Source of the DNA: Candidatus Woesearchaeota archaeon
GTDB lineage: Archaea; Nanobdellota; Nanobdellia; Woesearchaeales; UBA583
Assembly: GCA_047602745.1 (NCBI GenBank)
Contig: JBLKOJ010000004.1
Location: forward strand, 5,183 to 69,182
Direction of reading: 5' to 3'
DNA length: 64,000 bases
This document shows positions 8,925 through 18,650 of the stretch, in pieces (position 1 is the stretch's first letter; the number at the start of each line of letters is the position of its first letter). The notes under the pieces are model-generated. The model saw only the letters and a list, made by a program, of their open reading frames with translations, did not search any database and was not told the DNA's origin. The translations under genes were made by a program, and so were the position numbers.

Positions 8925-9239
8925 ATGAATGCAATAAGAGTATTTGTGATGGTTTTAGTGGTTATAATATTTAGTACACAATTAATTTTTTCTTCTCAAG
9001 AATTTGAAACTCAACAAGTGAGTCTTAGCTTTTTTGATGAACATAATGAAATTAATTCTAAATCTAGTGAAGAAGTTGTTTTTTATGATTTATATAATTT
9101 AAAACTTGAACCCGTAAATTCTCAACTATCAGGAATCGAAGGATTTGTTGCAAAAAATTCAGGTTCAACTATTAGTATGATGATAGGATTTTTTGTAATC
9201 GGATTTATTATTTACTTATCATTGACTAAAAAAATTTAA
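8925..9239 (+). CDS. Small secreted/membrane protein (signal-like N-terminus, C-terminal TM helix)
   Basis: ORF 8892..9239. MNAIRVFVMVLVVIIFSTQLIFS leader and C-terminal MMIGFFVIGFIIYLSL. The track start lies inside the TATA box. Confidence 0.4.
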   Translation: MNAIRVFVMVLVVIIFSTQLIFSSQEFETQQVSLSFFDEHNEINSKSSEEVVFYDLYNLKLEPVNSQLSGIEGFVAKNSGSTISMMIGFFVIGFIIYLSLTKKI

Positions 9240-9263
9240 ATACATTATCATAACCTATACAAT

Positions 9264-10004
9264 ATGATAGAAAAATTTATAGAATTCGAATTAAAAAATA
9301 ACAAATTATTTCCAGTATTTATTTATACATTTTTTATATCATCAACATTAGCATTTTTAGCAATTTATTTTAGTATTTCTATGTATCTACTATTTATATT
9401 AATTGCACTTGCTATTGGTTATCCTATTACAAAATTTATTGAGAAAAGTGAAGCAGAGGAATTTATTCACAAATTTAATGAAAAACAACTTCTAAAAAGA
9501 CATTCTCGTGAACTACTCGCTCTTTGGACAATCTTTGGAGCATTTGTTTTAGCCTTTTTTGTGATATTTTCATTTATGCCCTTAAACCAAGTAAATACGT
9601 TTCAAATAGGAATTAGTGGAATTGAAGGAGACGTTGCTTTTCTTCCAAATCTTCTCAATAATTTAGGGATATTTTTCTTAATCTTTATTTTATGTATGAT
9701 TAGTATTGCAGCAATTGTATTTGTTATTCAGTGGAGTGCTATGCTTGTTGCTCAAAGTTTAGTTGTTATTGGGGATTTAGTTCCTACATTAATAAGTGCG
9801 TTATTTATTCTCTCTTCTTCTTTATTACTTGTAGGAGGATATGTACTTGCAGGATTTGCAGGAGTACTATTATCTTTAAGATTTGATATACATGAGAGAA
9901 CATTTAAATCAAAGTATATGGGACAAATTCAAAAAGATGTATTTACATTATTAGGAGTTGGACTCTTACTTGTAGTAGTAGGAGTATTATTACAATTATT
10001 TTAA
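9264..10004 (+). CDS. Multi-pass membrane protein (possibly SpoIIM/DUF95-like)
   Basis: 246 aa with ~6 hydrophobic helices. Family assignment is only an impression. Confidence 0.45.
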   Translation: MIEKFIEFELKNNKLFPVFIYTFFISSTLAFLAIYFSISMYLLFILIALAIGYPITKFIEKSEAEEFIHKFNEKQLLKRHSRELLALWTIFGAFVLAFFVIFSFMPLNQVNTFQIGISGIEGDVAFLPNLLNNLGIFFLIFILCMISIAAIVFVIQWSAMLVAQSLVVIGDLVPTLISALFILSSSLLLVGGYVLAGFAGVLLSLRFDIHERTFKSKYMGQIQKDVFTLLGVGLLLVVVGVLLQLF

Positions 10005-12643
10005 AGAAAATTCTCAATTTTATTTTTATAATCATTTTTTGATTCTGGTCTTGAATAAAATGGAAATCCAACTAACTTAAAGTTTTCTCTCTCAATTTTT
10101 AAAATTGATTTATCAAAATCATCATCACTTAAATTTACTAAAAAATTCTCTTTCCATAAGTCAGACTGAGTTAAATGACTTCCTTTAATTTCAAAAAAAC
10201 ATTGGTATGTTATATTGGAATTAGATTTTTTCACAAAAAGTAAAAAGTCAGGTTGAAACCCATTACCAGTTTCAAAATCGTATACTTTATACACTTCTTC
10301 ATTTCTTAAAAAATAAATTTCATCAAATCCTTTTTGTTTTAGAATTGGAAGCATACTATCATTAAAAAATTTAGTAAACTCTTCTTCTAATTTATTTCCA
10401 TAAAACTTATCTAAAACATACCAATTTTTACTAACTAATTGCTCACTTACTCTTTGAAGCTCAATTTCCCTATCAATATCAATTGATTTATATTTTGGAG
10501 TTGAAAACTCATCTTTAATTTTTGAAAAAGTTAATTTTGTACCTTTATATGGATTATGATATTCTTTTATCTTTGATTCAAATTTTTTAAAAAAACTCTC
10601 AAAAGAATTATAAATTTGTTTAGTAGTTATCATGCTATTTGATGATATTGTAATATATTGTTCTCCGAAAATATCATCTTTAAAAATATCATCTATTGAT
10701 GAAATTTCCAAATATTCTTTTAAATTTTCAAACGTATAAAAATTTGAATTTAATTTTGAAAATACTTTTAATATTACGTGTTTATTATCTTTAAATTTAA
10801 AATCAAGAGAATTTAAACTTTCATCACTATCTGTATTTATTACTTGGTCACTTCCAAATATTTCCTTTTCCTCAGTTATCTGAGAATTAAATGTATATAT
10901 TCTATTAATTTCAGATAAAATTTCCATAATATTTTTCTTTCTCTTATTTGGATTTTCTATTCTTTGATTAATTGCAATTTTATAATTTTTATAAAATGAT
11001 GATTTTTTACGAATTTCATCTTTAATATGAAAACTTCTAGTAATAGTTTTAGGTGTGATTAAACCTTTATTTTTCAATTTATTTTTTAAGTCAGTAATAT
11101 AACTACTTTGATATGTACTATGAAAATGAAACTCCTCTAAAATTCTCAACTCATTTGATTTATCCATATCAAATTTACGCATATATGGGATAGTATCTTT
11201 GTATGAAAAAGGAAAATATCTTACTCCTCTTCCTATAAGTTGAACTTCTGAGACAGTTGATGAACCTGATTTACCTTTATTTGCACCACCTGTATTTTGT
11301 TCATTATATAATCTTACAATATCATATAAATTAAGTACATCCCACCCTTCTTCTAATTTTTTAACAGTAAATATAGCTCTAATAGGATTATATATTTCTT
11401 CAAGTGAATTTAATAATTCATCAATATCTTTTGTAGTTTCCTCTTGTGTTGTTTTAGTATTATCTTTTGAATTTGTAATTATACAATATTTCTCCTGAAA
11501 ATTATTTTGTAAAGAATTAATAATTTGTTGAATTGGTATTGATTTAGATTTAATATAATTTTTAATGGTATCTAATACAGAGATACTATTTAAATCGTCT
11601 AATTCCAAATTATCATCTTCAAAAGATTTCCCTATAAAGTCTAAATCACTAATACATAAATTTGAAATTAATTCTTTAAATTCTTAAAAATCTTTTCTTG
11701 ATTCTTCAATAGTTTTGCTTTTAAATAATATAACAGGTTTTAGATTAATATTATTGTTATTTGCAATTTGTTCTCTGTACCAATTAAATAATAAAGCAGT
11801 TAAAATTCTTGTCTTTTTATCAAAAGAAGCATATAACAAATTAACTTCTTTGGTAAATCCTCTATTTCTAAATTCTTTAAGGTCTAAATCTATAATTTTT
11901 TTATCACCATACTTTTCTTGAACAGACTGCTCATTTGGAACTGTTGCAGTAAATTCAAGTAATACATTTTCATTTTGAAATGAATTATGTAATATTTTTT
12001 TAATAATTAGATACTCCTAACTCTTTTCATCTTCTAATTCAGATTTATTAAGTTTTTTTGTAGAAGCATTTAAATGATGACACTCATCTGAAATCATTAC
12101 TACTTTTTGCTTTGTTAAATTTTCAAGTGTATTAGTATTCTCTCTTGGTTCTTCAATTGATTTTTGAAGTCCTTGAATTGTTGAAAATTGAATTTGAATA
12201 TCATCACTCATTTCATTAAATGAAGTTACTTGTTTAACTCTAACTTTTCTACCATTAATAAGAGTTGATTGTTTAAATAAATATTTTGAAGACGTTGAGT
12301 TACATAAATTATCAATTGTTTTTGAAACTAAATTTTTTTGATTTACAAAAAATAAAAAATTTCTATAACCTTTTTCATAATAGTATAATATTAAACACGC
12401 CATTAATAAAGTCTTTCCAGCACCAGTTGCTAAGTTAAAAAGAAGATGAGTAGGTATTTTTTTAATTTGTTGAATTGCAGGATTGAGTGTATCTTCATTA
12501 TAATATATAAAACGTTTTAATGTTTCTTCTTGATAGTCTCTTAGAGGGAATCGAATATTATTAATTATATTCTCAGAGATTTTCTGATTTTGTAGAAGTC
12601 CCATTATAGATACATTTTTTAATAATTCATTGAGATTATTCAT
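10001..12643 (-). pseudogene. res: Type III restriction enzyme Res subunit (SF2 DEAH helicase + PD-(D/E)xK nuclease), one 881-codon frame interrupted by two in-frame stops
   Basis: NLATGAGKT, DECHH, TAT (LLEFTATVPNE, own translation of the gap), QLIGRGVRY, QPDFLLFV...FEIKG. TAG at 12017-12019 and TAA at 11684-11686 are in frame (2643 nt = 881 codons). Confidence 0.8.
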
Positions 12644-13470
12644 TTTTCTACTACCTTCTTTTTATTTGTTTGATTAAAATAATTATCTTGCGATACTACT
12701 TTTTGCTTAGTCTCTTTTTGTAATTCAAGTCTTGCATTTTTTGCAATATCTCCTCCTTTTTTAGCATCTGCATTTAAATGCTCAAACCCTCTTGAATCAT
12801 TTACTTGGGTAATCTCAGTTGTTGCCCTCTCTCCTAATATTGAAAAAATTAATTCTAAATCAGTCATATGGTCTCTTAAATTTGCTTTTGTTTTTGTAGG
12901 GAAATTTTTAATATTTTTATGTTCATTAATTGATACTTCAAATGTTGCTTTATGAATTTCATTAGTTAAAATTGCAAAATCCTTTGGATTTTCAATTCCT
13001 CTATTTTTCCATTCATCAGTTAACTCTTGTCGTATTGCTATACCTCTTAATCGCTTATCAATCCAATCTTTTGGATATCCTTTTAATTCATAATATTCTT
13101 TTACTCTATCTTGTGCTAATTCAGGATTTTCAATTTCATTTATTCTGTCTTCTCCTAATTGTGCTAACCACATCTTAAAAGGTTCTGCTTTTAATGATGG
13201 TACTGATTGAATAAGTCTAAATGCTCCTTTTGTAGATACACAATTGATTTTTTGTACTCCTCCTTGTGTTTCAATTGAAAGGGGGGTGGCAATTTGCCCC
13301 CACCCTTGTGCAAAACTCTCATCTCTTCTTCTCATATCTTTAAGATAACTTGCAGGATTTTTACTATTAGTTAATACTTCGATGATATCTACTGCAACAT
13401 ACCACCATTCATCATTAAACCAAGTCCTTCTAATTCTTTTATCTTCAAAAACAATAATTTTAGAGTTCAT
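12640..13470 (-). CDS. Bro-N / prophage-antirepressor-like protein (often annotated DinD-like) embedded between mod and res
   Basis: 276 aa. IRRTWFNDEWWYVAVDIIEVLT, PSLKAEPFKMWLAQLGEDRINEIENPELA, KGYPKDWIDKRLRGIAIRQELTDEWKNRG, FAILTNEIHKA, NLRDHMTDLEL. 4-nt overlaps with both neighbours. Confidence 0.7.
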   Translation of the reverse strand: MNSKIIVFEDKRIRRTWFNDEWWYVAVDIIEVLTNSKNPASYLKDMRRRDESFAQGWGQIATPLSIETQGGVQKINCVSTKGAFRLIQSVPSLKAEPFKMWLAQLGEDRINEIENPELAQDRVKEYYELKGYPKDWIDKRLRGIAIRQELTDEWKNRGIENPKDFAILTNEIHKATFEVSINEHKNIKNFPTKTKANLRDHMTDLELIFSILGERATTEITQVNDSRGFEHLNADAKKGGDIAKNARLELQKETKQKVVSQDNYFNQTNKKKVVEK

Positions 13471-15465
13471 TTTTTATTATAAAAATCTTTATTTAATTCA
13501 ATATCTTCTTGTGAAATATTGTATTTACTATCTTCAATTTCTGTTAAATTAACATACATTTGATTTTTATCTAACATTTCAAGACACGATTCTTGTTGTT
13601 CTTGTAAAGAGAGTTGTTTAAATTTTTCTTGTGTAGTTTTTTCTTTAAATTCTTTAATATCGAGATTATAGTTTAAAAAATAATGATGATATAATTCATT
13701 AAATAATGTTAATAGTTCTTCACTTGATTGTGCTTGGAGAATTTTTTCTTTTGCTTCTTCATTATACTTTTTAAGCTCAAAGTAAATAAATTCTCCTCCT
13801 CCTTTCCATTCAACTGCTTTTGAAATTCCAGTTGTATCTCTTTGAATAACATTATTTAATCTTGTTAAGGATAAATCAACTTGATTTTGAATTTGCTCAA
13901 CTCCAATATATTGTCTATTCATTTTATGAGCCACAGCAGCAGTAGTTCCACTTCCAAGATGATAATCAAGAACAATATCTCCCTCTTCTGTTGCTAGTTC
14001 CAAAATTCTTTTAATAAGTTTTTCAGGTTTTTTTTCCATTTTTTAAAGTTATATTTCCTTCTCCTGCAATACCATCCCAACTGATATCTTTCCAAAAATC
14101 ACTTAAAATTTCACTAGGGACTAACTGATTATCTATAATTCTAAGTTTATTTTTTAAGAAAGTAATTGACCTCCCCTTATGAAAATACATATCATCATAA
14201 TTTTCTCTTTTAAGAATATGGATTTGTGAATCTAATTTTGATCTTTCCATATATTCTAAAACTTTTCCTGATGGTTTGTGTACATCCCTAAAACTAATAA
14301 TAGAGTCAGTATTTTTTAAAGAATAAGATTTTAAGAAAATATCTCTATGTTCTTTCCAGCTTTCTCCTAATTCATTTTTTGCTTCTTTCCAATCTTCAAA
14401 ATTAAATTCATCTAAAAATATTTGGTTCAAAGAGATAAATTCCCAATTTTCGGGGCTATCATCAATATTTATTATTTTATAATCATAATTATCTATCCTT
14501 TCAGCTTCTATAAATACTGAATTCATTAATTCTTTGGTTCTTTTTTTACCATATATTAATATATATTCTTTTGTTGTAATAGGGCACAAATTTATGGATT
14601 TAAAACCTGCACTTGTAGAACGTTTAACAGCAACATTTTGAACAAAATTTCTCTCAAATATTTCATCCATTAAAACTTTAAGATATGCTTGTTCATTATC
14701 ATCACATTGGACAGAAATTACTCCATCTTCTCTTAGTAGTTCTTTTGCAATTTCTAATCTGTTTTTCATAAATGTAAGCCAAGTTGAGTGATTAAATCTA
14801 TCGTTGTATCCAAAACTATCACTTCCAGTATTGTAAGGAGGGTCAATGTAGATGAGTTTTACTTTTCCTGCAAATTCTTGTTTTAATGAGTGTAGAGCTA
14901 ATAAATTATTTCCTTTAATAATTAAATTATCTCTAATTAATCCAGTTTCATCTCTATTAAATTGAGTTACTCTCTCTTCCCCTTTTTTAGTAAATTTCTT
15001 AAAATTAGTCAATATTTTATTATCAAATAATCTATCAATCTCATCAGGTGCTAAAATTTCATTATAAAAAATTTCTTTTCGTTTACTCTCTTCTTTATCT
15101 TGTCCACCCTTTAAAACACAATCTTTAAATGGAAAATTTAAAACTACGTGAGATTGCTCGTGAAGATATGTGTTTCCCACTGCTAAACCAATTTTGTTTC
15201 TAAATTTAGTTGAAGAATTTGATAAAAAGTGTTTATCTGAAATAAAATCTAAAAATTTATTTAATTCAAATATATATACATCTTTAATTTTTTTAAAAAA
15301 ATGAGATTTTAAAGTTTCTTCTTGAATTAATAATTCTATTAACTCTTCATCAATTTGTAAAGCTCTCTCTTTAATTTTATTTTTTAATAACTCATCTTTT
15401 TCATCTAAGAATTTAGAATTTGACTTTAATGTAGAAATTAGTTTAGTTTCAAATGATTCACTCAT
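13467..15465 (-). pseudogene. mod: Type III (beta-class) DNA N6-adenine/N4-cytosine methyltransferase Mod, split into 480-aa and 190-aa frames at an A8 tract
   Basis: Motif IV IYIDPPYNTGSD in the N part, KKPEKLIKRIL and motif I DYHLGSGTTAAVA in the C part. 1999 nt, so removing one A gives a 666-codon frame. Confidence 0.8.
14028..14035 (-). repeat. Homopolymeric A8 tract (coding strand) at the mod frameshift point
   Basis: Coding strand AAT GGA AAA AAA ACC TGA versus overlapping ATG GAA AAA AAA CCT GAA. A7 would read NGKKPEKLIKRIL. Confidence 0.85.
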
Positions 15466-15487
15466 ATATTAATAGGTAAAAATTATC

Positions 15488-15495
15488 TTTATAAA
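15488..15495 (-). promoter_or_regulatory. TATA box (TTTATAAA) of the mod operon
   Basis: Centre 26-27 nt upstream of the mod ATG (15465). Confidence 0.45.
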
Positions 15496-15569
15496 TTTAT
15501 TTCTTATTATCAGTAGAAAAGTAATTGAACTCTTCTTAGGATAGATTTAGTTGTTAGAATTAAAAAAAG

Positions 15570-15642
15570 TGAGAACTCTCGGACTTGAACCGAGGACACC
15601 CAGATCTTCAGTCTGGTGCTCTACCAGCTGAGCTAAGCTCTC
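15570..15642 (-). tRNA. tRNA-Phe (anticodon GAA)
   Basis: Hand fold of 73 nt: acceptor GAGAGCT/AGTTCTC (one G-U), D stem GCTC/GAGC, anticodon stem CCAGA/TCTGG with loop CTGAAGA, T arm CTCGG-TTCAAGT-CCGAG. Confidence 0.9.
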
Positions 15643-15713
15643 GTCATTTAATGTAAATTTAAAATTCTTTATAAAATTTATCTTTTTATAAGAAGAGAAT
15701 TGTGTTGAAGAAA

Positions 15714-16997
15714 TTACTCTTTGAAATATTCACTCCTCTCATCAATTCTTCTAAACTCATCTTGAAATAATCCTGCAACATATGAAGAATTTACAATTAT
15801 TAAATTTTCATCATTAAAATACGCACCACTTCTTGTAGGATTCAAAGACCCAAATGCAACATACTTCGAATCAATAATAAATGTTTTATGATGCATCGTA
15901 GCAGTTGTCATCTCTCTTTTAATACTAAAATTATGCTGTAACTCTGAAATTCTTGAACCTTGTGCATTAATTAAACGCCTATCAACTAAACCTGTAACTT
16001 CAACTCCTTCTTCTAACTTATCTAATAATAGATTTTCAACACTCTCTAAGGTCAATACATACGTTGCAAATTGAATTGATTTTTGTGCTAATTGTAATGT
16101 TTCAACTAATCTATCTTCACATCGTTGATGAGGACAAAAGTATACTTGAAAATCTCCTACAATTTCACCCTCTTTTTTAAGTACATATTTCGTATTAAAA
16201 AACTCCAAAGACTCTTTACTAGCTCCAAAATCTCCTCCTCTCATCTCCTCAAATTCTGTAACTAATTCTTGTGCTAGTACTTCATTATCCTGCACAATAA
16301 ATATCACATTATCATTTCTTTGAAGTCCAAAACGAGTAGGATTTGCAGTACCAAGTAATGAATGTTTCTTATCCACAATACAAAATTTATGATGCATCAA
16401 ATTTTGATATCTAGAATCTCTTAAAGAATCATCAGTTAGTTCAATAGAAGTTCCGCTAAATGCTTCAACAAAAGGTCTGTGAGAATAATCTTCTTCAAAT
16501 ACAATTTTAATATCAATTCCTTCTTCATATTTTTCAAGTAATACGTTAGTTAAACTCTCCTCATTAAAATCTTGAATTGCACAAACAATAGACTCCTGTG
16601 CTTGATTAAAAAATTCAACCCAAGCATCTAAACAAGGAAACCCTTCTACATTACAAAAAATAAATTCGAAGTCATCAACAATAACTTCTCTTGTAGGTAT
16701 TTCTTGAACTTGATTTTCAAATCTCTGTTTAAAAAAATCGTCTCTATTTTCAGTAGTACTACTCACATTAGTAGTTTGAGATTGTGAGAGATATTCAATA
16801 GTTTCAAAATAAGAAGAGGTATTGATAAGTTCAAGTCTCTCAACTACCAATAGTCCTATTAAAAAGACTAATACCAACATTGATAAAAATGGATATCTTC
16901 TTGATAACTTTCTCTTTTCCCTTCGAACACTTCTTTTTACGTTTTTTTTCAATTTTTTTTCCATCTTATTAGAAGTTTTATTTGGGCTATTTAACAT
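15714..16997 (-). CDS. Phospholipase D superfamily protein with two HKD motifs, N-terminal membrane anchor (nuclease or phospholipid enzyme)
   Basis: HHKFCIVDKKHSLLGTANPT and HHKTFIIDSKYVAFGSLNPT. Basic N-terminus followed by TM FLSMLVLVFLIGLLVV. Confidence 0.8.
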   Translation of the reverse strand: MLNSPNKTSNKMEKKLKKNVKRSVRREKRKLSRRYPFLSMLVLVFLIGLLVVERLELINTSSYFETIEYLSQSQTTNVSSTTENRDDFFKQRFENQVQEIPTREVIVDDFEFIFCNVEGFPCLDAWVEFFNQAQESIVCAIQDFNEESLTNVLLEKYEEGIDIKIVFEEDYSHRPFVEAFSGTSIELTDDSLRDSRYQNLMHHKFCIVDKKHSLLGTANPTRFGLQRNDNVIFIVQDNEVLAQELVTEFEEMRGGDFGASKESLEFFNTKYVLKKEGEIVGDFQVYFCPHQRCEDRLVETLQLAQKSIQFATYVLTLESVENLLLDKLEEGVEVTGLVDRRLINAQGSRISELQHNFSIKREMTTATMHHKTFIIDSKYVAFGSLNPTRSGAYFNDENLIIVNSSYVAGLFQDEFRRIDERSEYFKE

Positions 16998-17090
16998 ATT
17001 ATTCCAACAAAAAATAAATACATTTAAATAATTATATATTTATTACATAATAATAGGTTCTTATAAAATTTAAATGATACTTTAGCACAA

Positions 17091-17489
17091 ATGAAGCTTC
17101 CAAACATCCTCCAACTCTTAGAACAATACATTTCAAGAGCAGTTCTTATCAAAAGTTCTCTATTATTATTTATTCTCTTCACAGCTACAATTTTATACGC
17201 TGAACAATTTCCCCCAAGTACTATTTCATTTGAAGAATTTAACTCACAACCACTTAAGACTCCTCTTTCTATTGAAGCAAAATTTAATCAATTATACACC
17301 TCACAAGATTTTAGTGTTATTGGACTATACTCAAATACTACAAATTTAACAATTACAGCAATTCTTCAAAGCAATAGTTCAGAACTTAGAACTCAAAATA
17401 TTAATCAAATATATCTTTTTACAGGAAAAGTTTCAACATATAGAGGAGAAAAACAATTAGATATTTATTCTATACAAACTATTGATTGA
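17091..17489 (+). CDS. Small membrane-anchored protein, possible OB-fold C-terminus
   Basis: 132 aa. TM LIKSSLLLFILFTATILYA, C-terminal YLFTGKVSTYRGEKQLDIYSIQ resembles OB-fold (tRNA_anti-like) ends. Confidence 0.3.
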   Translation: MKLPNILQLLEQYISRAVLIKSSLLLFILFTATILYAEQFPPSTISFEEFNSQPLKTPLSIEAKFNQLYTSQDFSVIGLYSNTTNLTITAILQSNSSELRTQNINQIYLFTGKVSTYRGEKQLDIYSIQTID

Positions 17490-17709
17490 ATAACTTCTCC
17501 TTTAATTTTTCAGTTCTAAATCTTCGAGTTGAATCATCGGGTTTATATTTAAGAGGAATTTTTTTAATAGAATTTTCAGAAGATAAGGTATATTGTTTTG
17601 TCTGAGGATTAAAAAATATTTCTGTTTTCATAATATATTTAATTTCGTATTGTTTATAAAATTAATTTGAAATTTTTTATTTTGAAGTTCTATACTTTGA
17701 TTTTTTATT

Positions 17710-18534
17710 CTAATTTTTTATTCTAATTTCATCTCCTTCAATGTAGACAATATTTTGTACAATCATCTTCTCTATAATTTCATCATAATTTTGATAATAT
17801 TTCAAACACTCTTGTTTTGCTTTTTCAATTGAACAACACGAAGCATGTAAACACTCTTTTACAATAAAACTTCTAATATAACGAGAACTTCCCACAAATT
17901 TACTTTGATGGCCCAATGATTTAACTCCACTTTTTAAAGCAGTTAGCTTCAACGCTCCATAATCCATAAGAGCATTATTCCAATCTCTTCCTTTTCCCTT
18001 TGGGACTATCTGCTGAGCAGTTTCTTCTAATTCTTTGGTACTCATACTCTCACTTGCAAATCCTTCATAAATTAATATTCTTCTAATATTAGTATCAACC
18101 ACTCCAATATCTTGATTAAATGCAAATGCACAAATAGCACTTGCAACATATGAACCCACACCTTTGAGTTTCTCTAAGTCGTCTTTTGAAGTAGGATATT
18201 CACCATTAAATTTTTCTAAAATTTGAGTGCAAGCTTCTTTAAAATGTAATACCCGTGAATTATATCCTAAACCTTGCCAGTGTTGTAATAATTTTTCATT
18301 TTTTGCGTTAACTACATCTTTTAAAGTTGGATATGTTTCAATCCAGGTAGTAAAATATTTCTCAACTCTATTCACTTGTGTTTGAGAGAGCATAATTTCA
18401 CTAATATGAATATGGTACGGGTTTGTAGTTTGTCTAAATGACAAATTATGTCTTCCTTCTTTTTCATAAAATTCTAGTATTTTTTGCTGAAATTGTTGAA
18501 TTTTAGAAGATGAAATTTCTTGAACTACTCGCAT
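17710..18534 (-). CDS. mutY: MutY-like A/G-specific adenine DNA glycosylase (HhH-GPD), without the Fe-S cluster cysteines
   Basis: ISEIMLSQTQVNRV, WQGLGYNSR, LKGVGSYVASAI, GVVDTNIRRIL align with MutY blocks. No C-x6-C-x2-C-x5-C after MDYGA. Confidence 0.75.
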   Translation of the reverse strand: MRVVQEISSSKIQQFQQKILEFYEKEGRHNLSFRQTTNPYHIHISEIMLSQTQVNRVEKYFTTWIETYPTLKDVVNAKNEKLLQHWQGLGYNSRVLHFKEACTQILEKFNGEYPTSKDDLEKLKGVGSYVASAICAFAFNQDIGVVDTNIRRILIYEGFASESMSTKELEETAQQIVPKGKGRDWNNALMDYGALKLTALKSGVKSLGHQSKFVGSSRYIRSFIVKECLHASCCSIEKAKQECLKYYQNYDEIIEKMIVQNIVYIEGDEIRIKN

Positions 18535-18650
18535 ATACTATTTAGGAAAATTCTCATTGATAAATCTTTTCATTATTTAGGAGGAAACCTAGAAAATAAT
18601 TTTAACTAATATGCAATATTCAAGTATTGCTTTGCAATACTTAGAGGCTT

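Noticed and set aside
10001-15642. R-M locus as a tRNA-Phe-integrated mobile island
   Set aside because: I saw no integrase or recombinase, no repeat of the tRNA-Phe 3' end, and no spare flanking DNA. The res stop even overlaps the convergent neighbour's stop (TTAA at 10001-10004). Proximity to the tRNA alone is not evidence.
17479-17631. 50-codon minus-strand ORF (MKTEIFFNPQTKQYTLSSENSIKKIPLKYKPDDSTRRFRTEKLKEKLFNQ) in the spacer between 17091-17489 and the MutY-like gene
   Set aside because: Too short, with no motif and no recognisable TATA box at the expected distance. Its end overlaps the convergent ORF. Not reportable as a gene without conservation data.
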